DNA of 64,000 bases from an uncultured Christensenella sp. GTDB lineage: Bacteria; Bacillota; Clostridia; Christensenellales; UBA3700. Each line of letters begins with the position of its first letter. The first letter of the stretch is position 1. The stretch covers positions 205,651-269,650 of the forward strand of contig CAJUEA010000001.1 in assembly GCA_910584975.1 (NCBI GenBank). Direction: 5' to 3'. This document shows positions 50,436-58,703 of the stretch, piece by piece. The notes beneath the pieces were generated by a model, which saw nothing but the letters and a program-made list of their open reading frames with translations, was not told the DNA's origin and did not search any database. The position numbers and the translations under genes were made by a program.

Positions 50436-52199
50436 ATGAAATGCAAAATAGGAATTAGACCTGTAATAGATGGACGCTGTGGAGGCATCCGTGAGAGTTT
50501 GGAAGAACAAACAATGAATATGGCAAAATCAGCAAAAGCACTTATTGAAAGCAATTGTTTTTATAGTGATGGCACACCTGTGGAATGTGTGATTTCTAAC
50601 ACGACAATTGGTGGTTCGGCAGAGGCTTGCAAGTGTGAGGAACAATTTGCCACTGAAAATGTAGTGGCGACTTTGACGGTTACTCCTTGTTGGTGCTATG
50701 GCACAGAGGTTATCGACCTTAATCCAAACACAATTAAAGCTGTTTGGGGCTTTAACGGCACAGAAAGACCAGGCGCAGTATTTTTGGCTTGTGCTGTTGC
50801 TGCAAGTGCTCAAAGAGGACTACCTATTTTTTCAATATACGGTAAAGATGTTCAAGATATTGGAGATACTGTGATTCCAGAAGATGTTAAAAACAAAATT
50901 TTGTCTTTTGCAAAGTGTGCAATCGCAGTTGGACAAATGAAAAACAAAACATATGTTGGACTTGGTGCTGTTTCAATGGGTATTGCAGGCTCTTTTCTTG
51001 ACGGCAACTTTATGCAACAATATTTTGGTATTCGTGCAGAATGGGTGGATATGGTTGAGATTGACAGAAGAATTAATCTTGGCATTTATGACAAGGCAGA
51101 GTACAAAAAAGCTTTGGAATGGATGAAAGCAAATTGCAAAGAGGGCATTGATATAAATGACTACAGCAAGCCTCGTATTGTTATGTCAAAAGATAAGCTT
51201 TGGGAATATACTGCAAAAATGGTTGTTATCGTAAATGATATTATGTTTGGCAACCCTAAACTTAAAAAGATGGGATATCCAGAAGAGGCAAATGGCAGAA
51301 ACGCTATTGCAGGTGGTTTCCAAGGTCAAAGACAATGGATTGACAGATTGCCAAACGGCGATTTTATGGAAAGCATTATGAACACTTCTTTTGACTGGAG
51401 AGGCAAAAAAGAGCCATTTATCCTTGCAACAGAAAATGACACTTTAAATGGTATGTCAATGCTTTTAAACAAGCTAATCACAAATCGTGCAAGCGTGTTT
51501 GCTGATGTGCGTACATATTGGTCGCCTGAGGCTGTTCAAAGAGTAACTGGTTGGAAGGCTGACGGCTTTGCTAAAAATGGATTTATTCATATGATTAACA
51601 GTGGTGCAGCCGCACTTGACGGCATTGGTGCATGTAAAGATGAAAATGGCAATGCTTGCATGAAAGAGTGGTGGAAAATTACTGAGGAAGATATCAAGGC
51701 AACAATGGATAATGTAAGATGGTCACAAGCAAATCTTGATTATTTCAGAGGTGGTGGATTCAGTTCGGATTTCAAAACTATTGCCGAAATGCCTATGACA
51801 GCAGTAAGATTGAATATGGTGGACGGATTGGGTCCAGTTTTGCAGATTGCAGAAGGTTACACAGCTGTTTTGCCTGACGAAGTTGACACAATTTTGCAAA
51901 ACAGAACAGATAGAACTTGGCCATCAACTTGGTTCGTGCCAAACTTGACAGGCGAAGGTCCATTTAAGGATGTTTATAGTGTTATGGCAAACTGGGGTGC
52001 AAATCACGCAGCACTTGCTTATGGTCACATCGGTAGTGAGTTGATTACAATTGCATCAATGTTGCGTATTCCTGTAAATATGCACAATGTAAGTGAAGAT
52101 AGGTTGTTCAGACCACACACTTGGACTGCATTTGGCACAAAAGATCTTGAGTCGGCGGATTACAGAGCTTGCAAAACTTACGGACCACTTTACAAATAA
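50436..52199 (+). CDS. fucI: L-fucose isomerase
   Basis: About 587 aa. KIGIRPVIDGR N-terminus typical of FucI. Start at ATG 50436. Confidence 0.88.
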   Translation: MKCKIGIRPVIDGRCGGIRESLEEQTMNMAKSAKALIESNCFYSDGTPVECVISNTTIGGSAEACKCEEQFATENVVATLTVTPCWCYGTEVIDLNPNTIKAVWGFNGTERPGAVFLACAVAASAQRGLPIFSIYGKDVQDIGDTVIPEDVKNKILSFAKCAIAVGQMKNKTYVGLGAVSMGIAGSFLDGNFMQQYFGIRAEWVDMVEIDRRINLGIYDKAEYKKALEWMKANCKEGIDINDYSKPRIVMSKDKLWEYTAKMVVIVNDIMFGNPKLKKMGYPEEANGRNAIAGGFQGQRQWIDRLPNGDFMESIMNTSFDWRGKKEPFILATENDTLNGMSMLLNKLITNRASVFADVRTYWSPEAVQRVTGWKADGFAKNGFIHMINSGAAALDGIGACKDENGNACMKEWWKITEEDIKATMDNVRWSQANLDYFRGGGFSSDFKTIAEMPMTAVRLNMVDGLGPVLQIAEGYTAVLPDEVDTILQNRTDRTWPSTWFVPNLTGEGPFKDVYSVMANWGANHAALAYGHIGSELITIASMLRIPVNMHNVSEDRLFRPHTWTAFGTKDLESADYRACKTYGPLYK

Positions 52200-52200
52200 A

Positions 52201-52231
52201 AATTTGTGGGCAGTTTTTGCCCACATTTTTA
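52201..52231 (+). terminator. intrinsic terminator or attenuator after fucI
   Basis: Stem tgtgggca/tgcccaca followed by a T-run. Confidence 0.7.
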
Positions 52232-52423
52232 AAAGTGAAAAAATGATACATTTTAAAATGCAAAAAATTGTTGTGTTGAAAAGAAAAAAAGCTTAATAAT
52301 TTTTAGTGTTTGCTTTTTATTATGCAGTGTGATTTGAGGTTGTATTTTTAATGTTATAGTTGATTAAAAATCTCACGAATTGAATTATTTGAAAATTATA
52401 ATGTAAAAATGTTAAAAAAATGT

Positions 52424-52440
52424 GTCAAAAATCGGGGTTA
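52424..52440 (+). repeat. recurrent 17-nt motif copy (gtcaaaaatcggggtta)
   Basis: fucI-aldolase intergenic region, 25 nt upstream of the aldolase ATG. Confidence 0.65.
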
Positions 52441-52464
52441 AATTTAAAATTGAGAGGCGAATTT

Positions 52465-53718
52465 ATGGTTAAAAATACAAAAAATGGAGTTTTGGAAACA
52501 ATCAACAGAGTGTATTACAATGGACTTACAACAACCAGTGGTGGTAATATCTCTTGTATGGATGGCAATGGCACAATTTATATTACACCATCTGGTGTGG
52601 ATAAAGGCAGTTTGACGGATGAGGACATTATGACTGTTAAGGCAGATGGCAGTGTTGAAGGCAAACATACTCCTTCAATGGAGTTGCCATTTCATTCAAA
52701 TATTTACAAATGTCGTGAGGATATAAGGGCAGTTGTTCATGCTCACGCACCAAGCGTTGTGGCTTATGCAACTGCAAGAAAAATTCCTGACAGCAGCGTT
52801 GCACCTTGCTATCAAAAAATGTTGGGAAAGGTTGCTGACAGCGTTTATGATTTGCCGGGGTCATTGGCTTTGGGCGATATTGTAAAAGCTAAGTTTGATG
52901 AGGGGTACAATAGTGTTATGATGCACAATCATGGAGCAACAGTTGGTGCAGAAACACTTGAAATTGCTTACAGAAAATATGAAACTTTGGACAATTTGTG
53001 TGCAACACTTATCAATGCAAGCATTTTGGGTGGTGTGAAAAAGTGTGATAATCACGCAGATTACAGCGTAAAAATTGCTAGTGAAAACATTGCGCTTACT
53101 GATGAAGAACTGGCTATTGCCGAGGAAATGGCAGGATTTATCAAAAGAAGTTTTTATCAAAAGTTAATGTCAACAAGTCTTGGCACTTTGTGTGTTAAAA
53201 CTGATAACGGAGATATTTTGTTTAATCCAGATAGTGTTGGAAGAGATAAAATTGAGGCAAAAGACATTGCAAAGTACAGCAACGGAAAGTTTTATAATGT
53301 GTGCGACAAAACTGCCGACTATTTGCAAATTGCAGTTGAAATTTTTGCGCAAATTAAAAAGGCAAAAGTTTGCTTTATTTCTATGCCAAATGCTACTATG
53401 GGATTTAGCATTTCACACAAGTATTTTGATGCAAAATTGATTCCAGAAAGTTATATTATGCTTAAAAATGCTGTTCAGTTGGAGTGTGGTGTTTCTGCAA
53501 AGCAAATTGCTGCAAGTATGGCTACAACCAAACCTCTTGCTATTGTAAATAACGAGTGCGTTATCACAATAGGCAAAAATTTGACAAAAGCGTTTGACAG
53601 ATTGGAGGTTACAGATTATTCTGCAAGGTCAATTATTTCTGCTTGCAATATTGCACAAATCACTCCGATTAATGATGAGCAAAGTGCAGAAATTGACAGA
53701 ACTTTTAATGGATGGTAA
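52465..53718 (+). CDS. class II aldolase/adducin-family protein, tandem two-domain form
   Basis: Domain 1 keeps E (SMELPFH), HAH and NHG metal-ligand positions, as in L-fuculose/rhamnulose-1-P aldolase. Domain 2 lacks them. Confidence 0.75.
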   Translation: MVKNTKNGVLETINRVYYNGLTTTSGGNISCMDGNGTIYITPSGVDKGSLTDEDIMTVKADGSVEGKHTPSMELPFHSNIYKCREDIRAVVHAHAPSVVAYATARKIPDSSVAPCYQKMLGKVADSVYDLPGSLALGDIVKAKFDEGYNSVMMHNHGATVGAETLEIAYRKYETLDNLCATLINASILGGVKKCDNHADYSVKIASENIALTDEELAIAEEMAGFIKRSFYQKLMSTSLGTLCVKTDNGDILFNPDSVGRDKIEAKDIAKYSNGKFYNVCDKTADYLQIAVEIFAQIKKAKVCFISMPNATMGFSISHKYFDAKLIPESYIMLKNAVQLECGVSAKQIAASMATTKPLAIVNNECVITIGKNLTKAFDRLEVTDYSARSIISACNIAQITPINDEQSAEIDRTFNGW

Positions 53719-53723
53719 AAAAT

Positions 53724-54986
53724 ATGCAGTATTTAGCAATTGATCTTGGGTCATCAAGTGCAAGAATTATGCTTGCTGACGGAAATAAAAATTTGGCATT
53801 GACTGAACTTGCAAGATTTCCACACAGTGCAAGTCTTGATAGCAATGGTCATTATCGTTGGGATATTGACAAACTTTTTGCAAGCATTAAAGAGGAAATT
53901 TGTGAGGCAATCAAAAAATATCAAATCAGCTCAATTGGAATTTGTTCGTGGGGTGTGGATTATGGTGTCATCGGGGAAGATGGCAAGCTTATTGATATGC
54001 CATATTGCTATCGTGACAGCCGTGGAGAGTTGATGTTTAAGGAATTGCACAAGCAAATAAGTCAAGAGGAGTTATTTGCATTAAGTGGTATTTATCCAAA
54101 TTCAATCAACACAATTTATCAGCTTTATGCAGATAAAATGCAAGATAGATATGCTGGTAAAATAGTAAAAATTGCAATGATTGCCGATTTATTAGCGTTT
54201 TATTTAACGGGCAATATTCGCATAGAGCGTAGCAACGCAAGCACAACTGGAATTTTGAATTTGCAAGGCACTGATTGGAATTATCAATTGCTTAATAATC
54301 TTGGCTTAGATAGTGAAATATTGCCAAAATTGATTTTTGACGGGGAGCAATACGGAGAGTTTTATGGTGTTCCCGTTGTTGCAGTTGGCACACACGACAC
54401 TGCATCTGCAATATATGCTTTGGAAGGGCTAGATAACAAAACTGCATTTCTTGCGTCTGGTTCTTGGTTGCTGTTTGGAAAAGTGCTTGATAGCCCTGTG
54501 TGCGAAAAAATTGCATTTGAAAATAGGTATACCAATGAAAGGATAAATGGTGGCAAAGTCAGTCTGCTTGACAACATAAATGGCTTGTTTATCATTCAGC
54601 GTCTTGTGAGTGAAAACAACTTAAATTACAAGCAAATTGATGAAAACATTGATGGTGCAAAAGTGCTTGGAGAGTTGGATGTTGACAAACTAATGTCTCA
54701 AGACGATATGACAGGGGATATGAAAAAACAACTTGGCATTGCAGATTGTAATATTTATGATTTGGTTAAAACAGCATATTACTCTCTTGCAAAAAGAGTA
54801 GTTCTTGCAGTTGAAAGACTTGAGCAAGTGACTGGAGAGAAAATTGAAAAAATTGTTATGACAGGTGGTGCAACAAAAGCAAAATATTTTGTGGGAATGT
54901 TAAAAAACCTTTCAAAAATCGATATTATATGCACAAAAAGCGAAGGTGCAACCTTTGGAAATGCACTTCGTCAAAGCAGGGTGTGA
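53724..54986 (+). CDS. FGGY-family sugar kinase (rhamnulokinase/fuculokinase-like)
   Basis: YLAIDLGSSSARIM N-terminus and GTHDTASA motif. Confidence 0.8.
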   Translation: MQYLAIDLGSSSARIMLADGNKNLALTELARFPHSASLDSNGHYRWDIDKLFASIKEEICEAIKKYQISSIGICSWGVDYGVIGEDGKLIDMPYCYRDSRGELMFKELHKQISQEELFALSGIYPNSINTIYQLYADKMQDRYAGKIVKIAMIADLLAFYLTGNIRIERSNASTTGILNLQGTDWNYQLLNNLGLDSEILPKLIFDGEQYGEFYGVPVVAVGTHDTASAIYALEGLDNKTAFLASGSWLLFGKVLDSPVCEKIAFENRYTNERINGGKVSLLDNINGLFIIQRLVSENNLNYKQIDENIDGAKVLGELDVDKLMSQDDMTGDMKKQLGIADCNIYDLVKTAYYSLAKRVVLAVERLEQVTGEKIEKIVMTGGATKAKYFVGMLKNLSKIDIICTKSEGATFGNALRQSRV

Positions 54987-54987
54987 T

Positions 54988-55227
54988 ATGAATGAACTTA
55001 TAAAACACATTGATAAACTGCACACCACAGAGCTTGGAGTTATAAGAATTCGCAGAAATCTAACTTTGGAAAATATCAATGTGGTAGAGTGGTGCAAAAG
55101 CAAATTAACTGACAATAATGCACAAATAACTCGCCAAGGCAAAAATTGGTATGCAACAATAGACAATGTAAAAATAACCATAAATGCCCACAGCTACACA
55201 ATAATAACTGCACATAAAATTAAGTGA
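54988..55227 (+). CDS. DUF3781 domain protein
   Basis: IDKLHTTELGVIRIRRNL motif. Start at ATG 54988. Confidence 0.65.
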   Translation: MNELIKHIDKLHTTELGVIRIRRNLTLENINVVEWCKSKLTDNNAQITRQGKNWYATIDNVKITINAHSYTIITAHKIK

Positions 55228-55515
55228 GTTTTATTTATTTTAAAATATTACAATTGTAAAAAACAAATTATGGTTATCTTTTTTTTGATTAATTTGCAAT
55301 AAACAAAAAAGTGCTTGCATTTTTAATCTTTTTTTGTTATTATGAATATGCTAGTAGTGGGAATAATTTTTGTGTCAGATATTATTTATAATTGCTTTTA
55401 TAATCTTAATTGTACATAATATTGCAATGAGATTTTAATATTTAGCATTTTTAATTATCTCATTATTTGTTAAAAATAGCTATAAGTTATATTTTTTGCA
55501 ATCAAACTTTTACTT

Positions 55516-55867
55516 GGGGATGTTTCGGATTCGACAAGTGGGTGTGAGATTGTGTAAGCGTGCCGTAGGTTCGTCTACGATAAAACGATCGTTTAAATTA
55601 AACGCAAAAAATAATAATCAATTGGCTTTCGCTGCGTAATTAGCGAGCCTGTCGCGCCTGTCGTCCTATCCGATAGGAGTGCGGCATCATTAAGAATAGG
55701 AAGGTCTTTTTGCCAGTGGTGTGGGGCAGAAAGATAAATCAGCACCTCATCAAAATGTAGCCTGTGCAAAAGGCGACATCGCGAAAAATTCAAAATTTGC
55801 ACTTCGCACGAAGAAAGCACAGTTAATCCCCGTTTGGACACGGGTTCAACCCCCGTCATCTCCACCA
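55516..55867 (+). ncRNA. ssrA: transfer-messenger RNA (tmRNA)
   Basis: 5' GGGGATG pairs with 3' CATCTCC plus ACCA. T-arm CGGGGGTTCAACCCCCG. Tag ORF GCA AAA AAT AAT AAT CAA TTG GCT TTC GCT GCG TAA encodes AKNNNQLAFAA. Confidence 0.95.
55853..55867 (+). repeat. attL-like direct repeat (3' end of ssrA)
   Basis: ccgtcatctccacca, identical to 60625-60639. Confidence 0.8.
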
Positions 55868-55875
55868 ATAGTGTC

Positions 55876-55915
55876 GGTGGAAAAGTCTTCTGATTTTTCT
55901 ACCGATTTTTATTAT
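55876..55915 (+). terminator. intrinsic terminator after ssrA
   Basis: Stem ggtggaaaa/ttttctacc (one G-U pair) followed by a T-rich tract. Confidence 0.6.
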
Positions 55916-56169
55916 TTTAGTGATATTTTTGCCCATTTTGACCAAATAAAAGACTTTGAAGAGGAAAATAGTCTTTACAAAGTCTTTATTTTTATTGAAA
56001 ACACTCGACACATTACCATATTATACTACATAATTGTGTCCTGTGAAAAGTGCGAGCTGATGGGAATTAAATTAATGAAATAAAATCATTATCGTTTTTT
56101 AATACTTAACATAGTGCTATTTGTAAAAACAAGTAAAAAACTTTATTGCAAAAAAATGTATTTTTTCAA

Positions 56170-56198
56170 TTGCAAACTTATTATTGTTGTGATATAAT
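56170..56198 (+). promoter_or_regulatory. sigma-A-type promoter of the islet cassette
   Basis: TTGCAA 56170-56175, 17-nt spacer, TGaTATAAT ending at 56198. GGAGGA RBS at 56214. Confidence 0.6.
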
Positions 56199-56222
56199 AA
56201 TAAAAAATACATCGGAGGAAAT

Positions 56223-58703
56223 ATGAGAGAGTTTCTAGCATATACAACAAAATTGCAAAATAGTAATTATAATCATATTGTTTTGATAAAAGAAATTGTT
56301 GACGATAGGCTTGTAAGTATTAGTGATGAAGATTATGCTTTAATTATGCCTGACCATAAACAAATTAGAGTTGATAACCAAGAAAAATGGCTTTTTAATG
56401 ATGATGAGAAAGCGATGATACCGGAAATTGAATTTTGCAAATATGATAATGGTTTGCTAATTTTGAAATATGATGAAACTGAGGCAAAAGGCGATATTTA
56501 CGCCCAAACAAAGTTCTTGGATAATTGTTCTTTGTTGCCGACAAATAAGTTTTTAAGAATAATACAAATAGAAAAATCAATAGATGATATAATGAAGAGT
56601 AAGTCTAATAGAATTGTGGACATACCATCATTTAGTAATTCAATAAATAGCAATATAATTTTGGAAATAGACGGTGTTTATTATGGTCCTATAAAAATAA
56701 GACCTTTTTATTCTAAAGATGGCAAAGTGCTAATCGATTTAAGTAAAGAGTACCAAATTAAAAAAATATCTTCAGATAAAGTTTCTGCTAAAATTGTAAA
56801 AACTAAAGTGGATAGAACTGCTGATGAAAGGATTGGTTTTTTTTGGAAAGAAGAAGATTGTTTTACGGATGAAGCTAGCCTAATAAGATTTTATGATCTT
56901 GAAAAAGAAAAAGAAAAAATTGACAAAATGCTTGATAAAATTGCTACATTAGGCAAAATTGATTTTTCTAAATTGCAAGCAGCTTTTACACAAATTAACC
57001 AAGAGGAATACAGTACAGATGAGTTAAACTCAATAAAATCTGTTTTTGAAAAAGGACAATTAAATTACGCTCAATTTTCCGGAATTGCACAATTGTTTTT
57101 CAACGAATTGGATGATGAGAAAAAAAAATTAATCAATAAATTTTTTGAAGACAATCCTACTGTAATAGAAGGAGAAAAGAAGAAGTATCTTCTAGAGAGC
57201 GACAAAGCAATTGCTGAACAAAATGAGAAATTTTCTAAACTATCAAACGACATTAAAAGTAAGGAAAAACTATTAGACGAACTTAATATTCACAAAAAAA
57301 ATATTGAAGACGAATTAGAACAAATTAAAGTTAATAAGCAAAAATTGTTGGAAGAGCAAGCTTCATTAAACAACGAAAAAATTAATCAGCAAAAAGCATG
57401 CATCGACGAATTAAAATCGGCCATAACAGATCTGGATAAACAAAAAGAAGAAAAACAAGAGGATATTGAAGCTAAAAATGCTAGATTAGTGGAATTGCAG
57501 AAAGACTTGCGTCGATATAAAACTGATTTAAATGGTTTTATTGATCAAATTATTAAAGAAAAAATTTCCGATGATGTTCGCGACCTTTTAATTAATAAAA
57601 TTGAGTTTAAAAATAGTAATAACGATATGGAAGATGATGCTTATAATACTACCAATGATGTGGAAAATTTTATTTCACTATTTGTTGATAATATAAGATC
57701 AGCTAGACCAGCTTATAGCTCGGATTTTATCAAGAATATTTTAATATGCATTTCGCAAAACTTTGCAACTATTTTTGCAGGACCTCCAGGAAGTGGAAAA
57801 ACCAGTATTTGTAATTTGCTTGCAAATGAATTTGGTGTTTATGATAAAGACAGATTCAGTATTGTTGAGGTGGAAAAAGGATGGACTACACCTAGAGATT
57901 TGATAGGATATTTTAATCCTTTTACGAATGCTGTTGAATCAAAGAACCCTAAATTTTTCAAACAGCTACAGATTAGTAATGAAGAATGTGAAAAACAAGT
58001 GACTGATGCTCCTGTAAATTTAGTAGTTTTGGATGAGGCAAATTTAAGTCCTATTGAATACTATTGGTCTTCATTTTCTTCAATCTACGATGATGTATGC
58101 AATGGTAATGTTGAACGACAAGTACATATAAATAATCAAAATAAATTTAAAATCGCAAAAACATTGAGGTTTTTGGGAACTATAAATTATGATTATACAA
58201 CAGAAATGTTATCTGAACGATTTTTAGATCGTGTATGGATTATTAGGTTAGATAATAATTTGTCAATTGATAATATAAACGGCTCAACTATTAAGATTGC
58301 AAATCAAATCCCTATTAATTTTTATGATATTATTGAATATATGACACCTAACACCACCGATTGTTTAGATGAAGATTTGGAAGTAAAATTGGGAAAAATA
58401 ATTGCACATTTAAAAGACATGAAAGTTAATGTTAGTTATAGGGCTTTAGAAAAAATTAAAAAATATTTAATAATCGCTGTTAACAAAGGAATTATTGAAG
58501 AGAAAGATTTAGCATTAGATTATGCTATTTTGCAGAAATTGATAATTTTGATAAATGGTTATGGTGAAGAATATGGCGAAAAAATAAATTTATTAAAAGA
58601 TTTGTGTAATGATTTTTCTTTAAAGAATACAGTTTTAGAACTTGATAAAATTATTGAGAATGGCAAAAAGAATAATGATAACTATTCGTATTTTGGTGTT
58701 TAA
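56223..58703 (+). CDS. McrB-like AAA+ (AAA_5-type) NTPase with an unknown N-terminal domain and a long coiled coil
   Basis: 826 aa. Walker A FAGPPGSGKTS (nt 57780-57806), Walker B VVLDEANLS (D604-E605), then LRFLGTINYDYTTEMLSERFLDRV. Residues ~215-450 are heptad-like K/E/L/N/Q-rich. Confidence 0.7.
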   Translation: MREFLAYTTKLQNSNYNHIVLIKEIVDDRLVSISDEDYALIMPDHKQIRVDNQEKWLFNDDEKAMIPEIEFCKYDNGLLILKYDETEAKGDIYAQTKFLDNCSLLPTNKFLRIIQIEKSIDDIMKSKSNRIVDIPSFSNSINSNIILEIDGVYYGPIKIRPFYSKDGKVLIDLSKEYQIKKISSDKVSAKIVKTKVDRTADERIGFFWKEEDCFTDEASLIRFYDLEKEKEKIDKMLDKIATLGKIDFSKLQAAFTQINQEEYSTDELNSIKSVFEKGQLNYAQFSGIAQLFFNELDDEKKKLINKFFEDNPTVIEGEKKKYLLESDKAIAEQNEKFSKLSNDIKSKEKLLDELNIHKKNIEDELEQIKVNKQKLLEEQASLNNEKINQQKACIDELKSAITDLDKQKEEKQEDIEAKNARLVELQKDLRRYKTDLNGFIDQIIKEKISDDVRDLLINKIEFKNSNNDMEDDAYNTTNDVENFISLFVDNIRSARPAYSSDFIKNILICISQNFATIFAGPPGSGKTSICNLLANEFGVYDKDRFSIVEVEKGWTTPRDLIGYFNPFTNAVESKNPKFFKQLQISNEECEKQVTDAPVNLVVLDEANLSPIEYYWSSFSSIYDDVCNGNVERQVHINNQNKFKIAKTLRFLGTINYDYTTEMLSERFLDRVWIIRLDNNLSIDNINGSTIKIANQIPINFYDIIEYMTPNTTDCLDEDLEVKLGKIIAHLKDMKVNVSYRALEKIKKYLIIAVNKGIIEEKDLALDYAILQKLIILINGYGEEYGEKINLLKDLCNDFSLKNTVLELDKIIENGKKNNDNYSYFGV

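Noticed and set aside
4265-54927. Idea that all copies of the 17-nt motif are chance consequences of coding S-K-I-D/G with preferred codons
   Set aside because: Four CDS copies do encode SKI(D/G). However, the tatD copy is in another frame, and five copies are non-coding. Two pairs of copies are also identical over 17 nt. Coding bias alone therefore does not explain the motif, although it may inflate the in-CDS count.
55721-56083. 120-aa ORF on the + strand (and the 55593-55868 ORF on the - strand) overlapping the tmRNA gene
   Set aside because: These lie inside or across a confidently identified tmRNA with no RBS. They are translation artefacts of a structured RNA gene.
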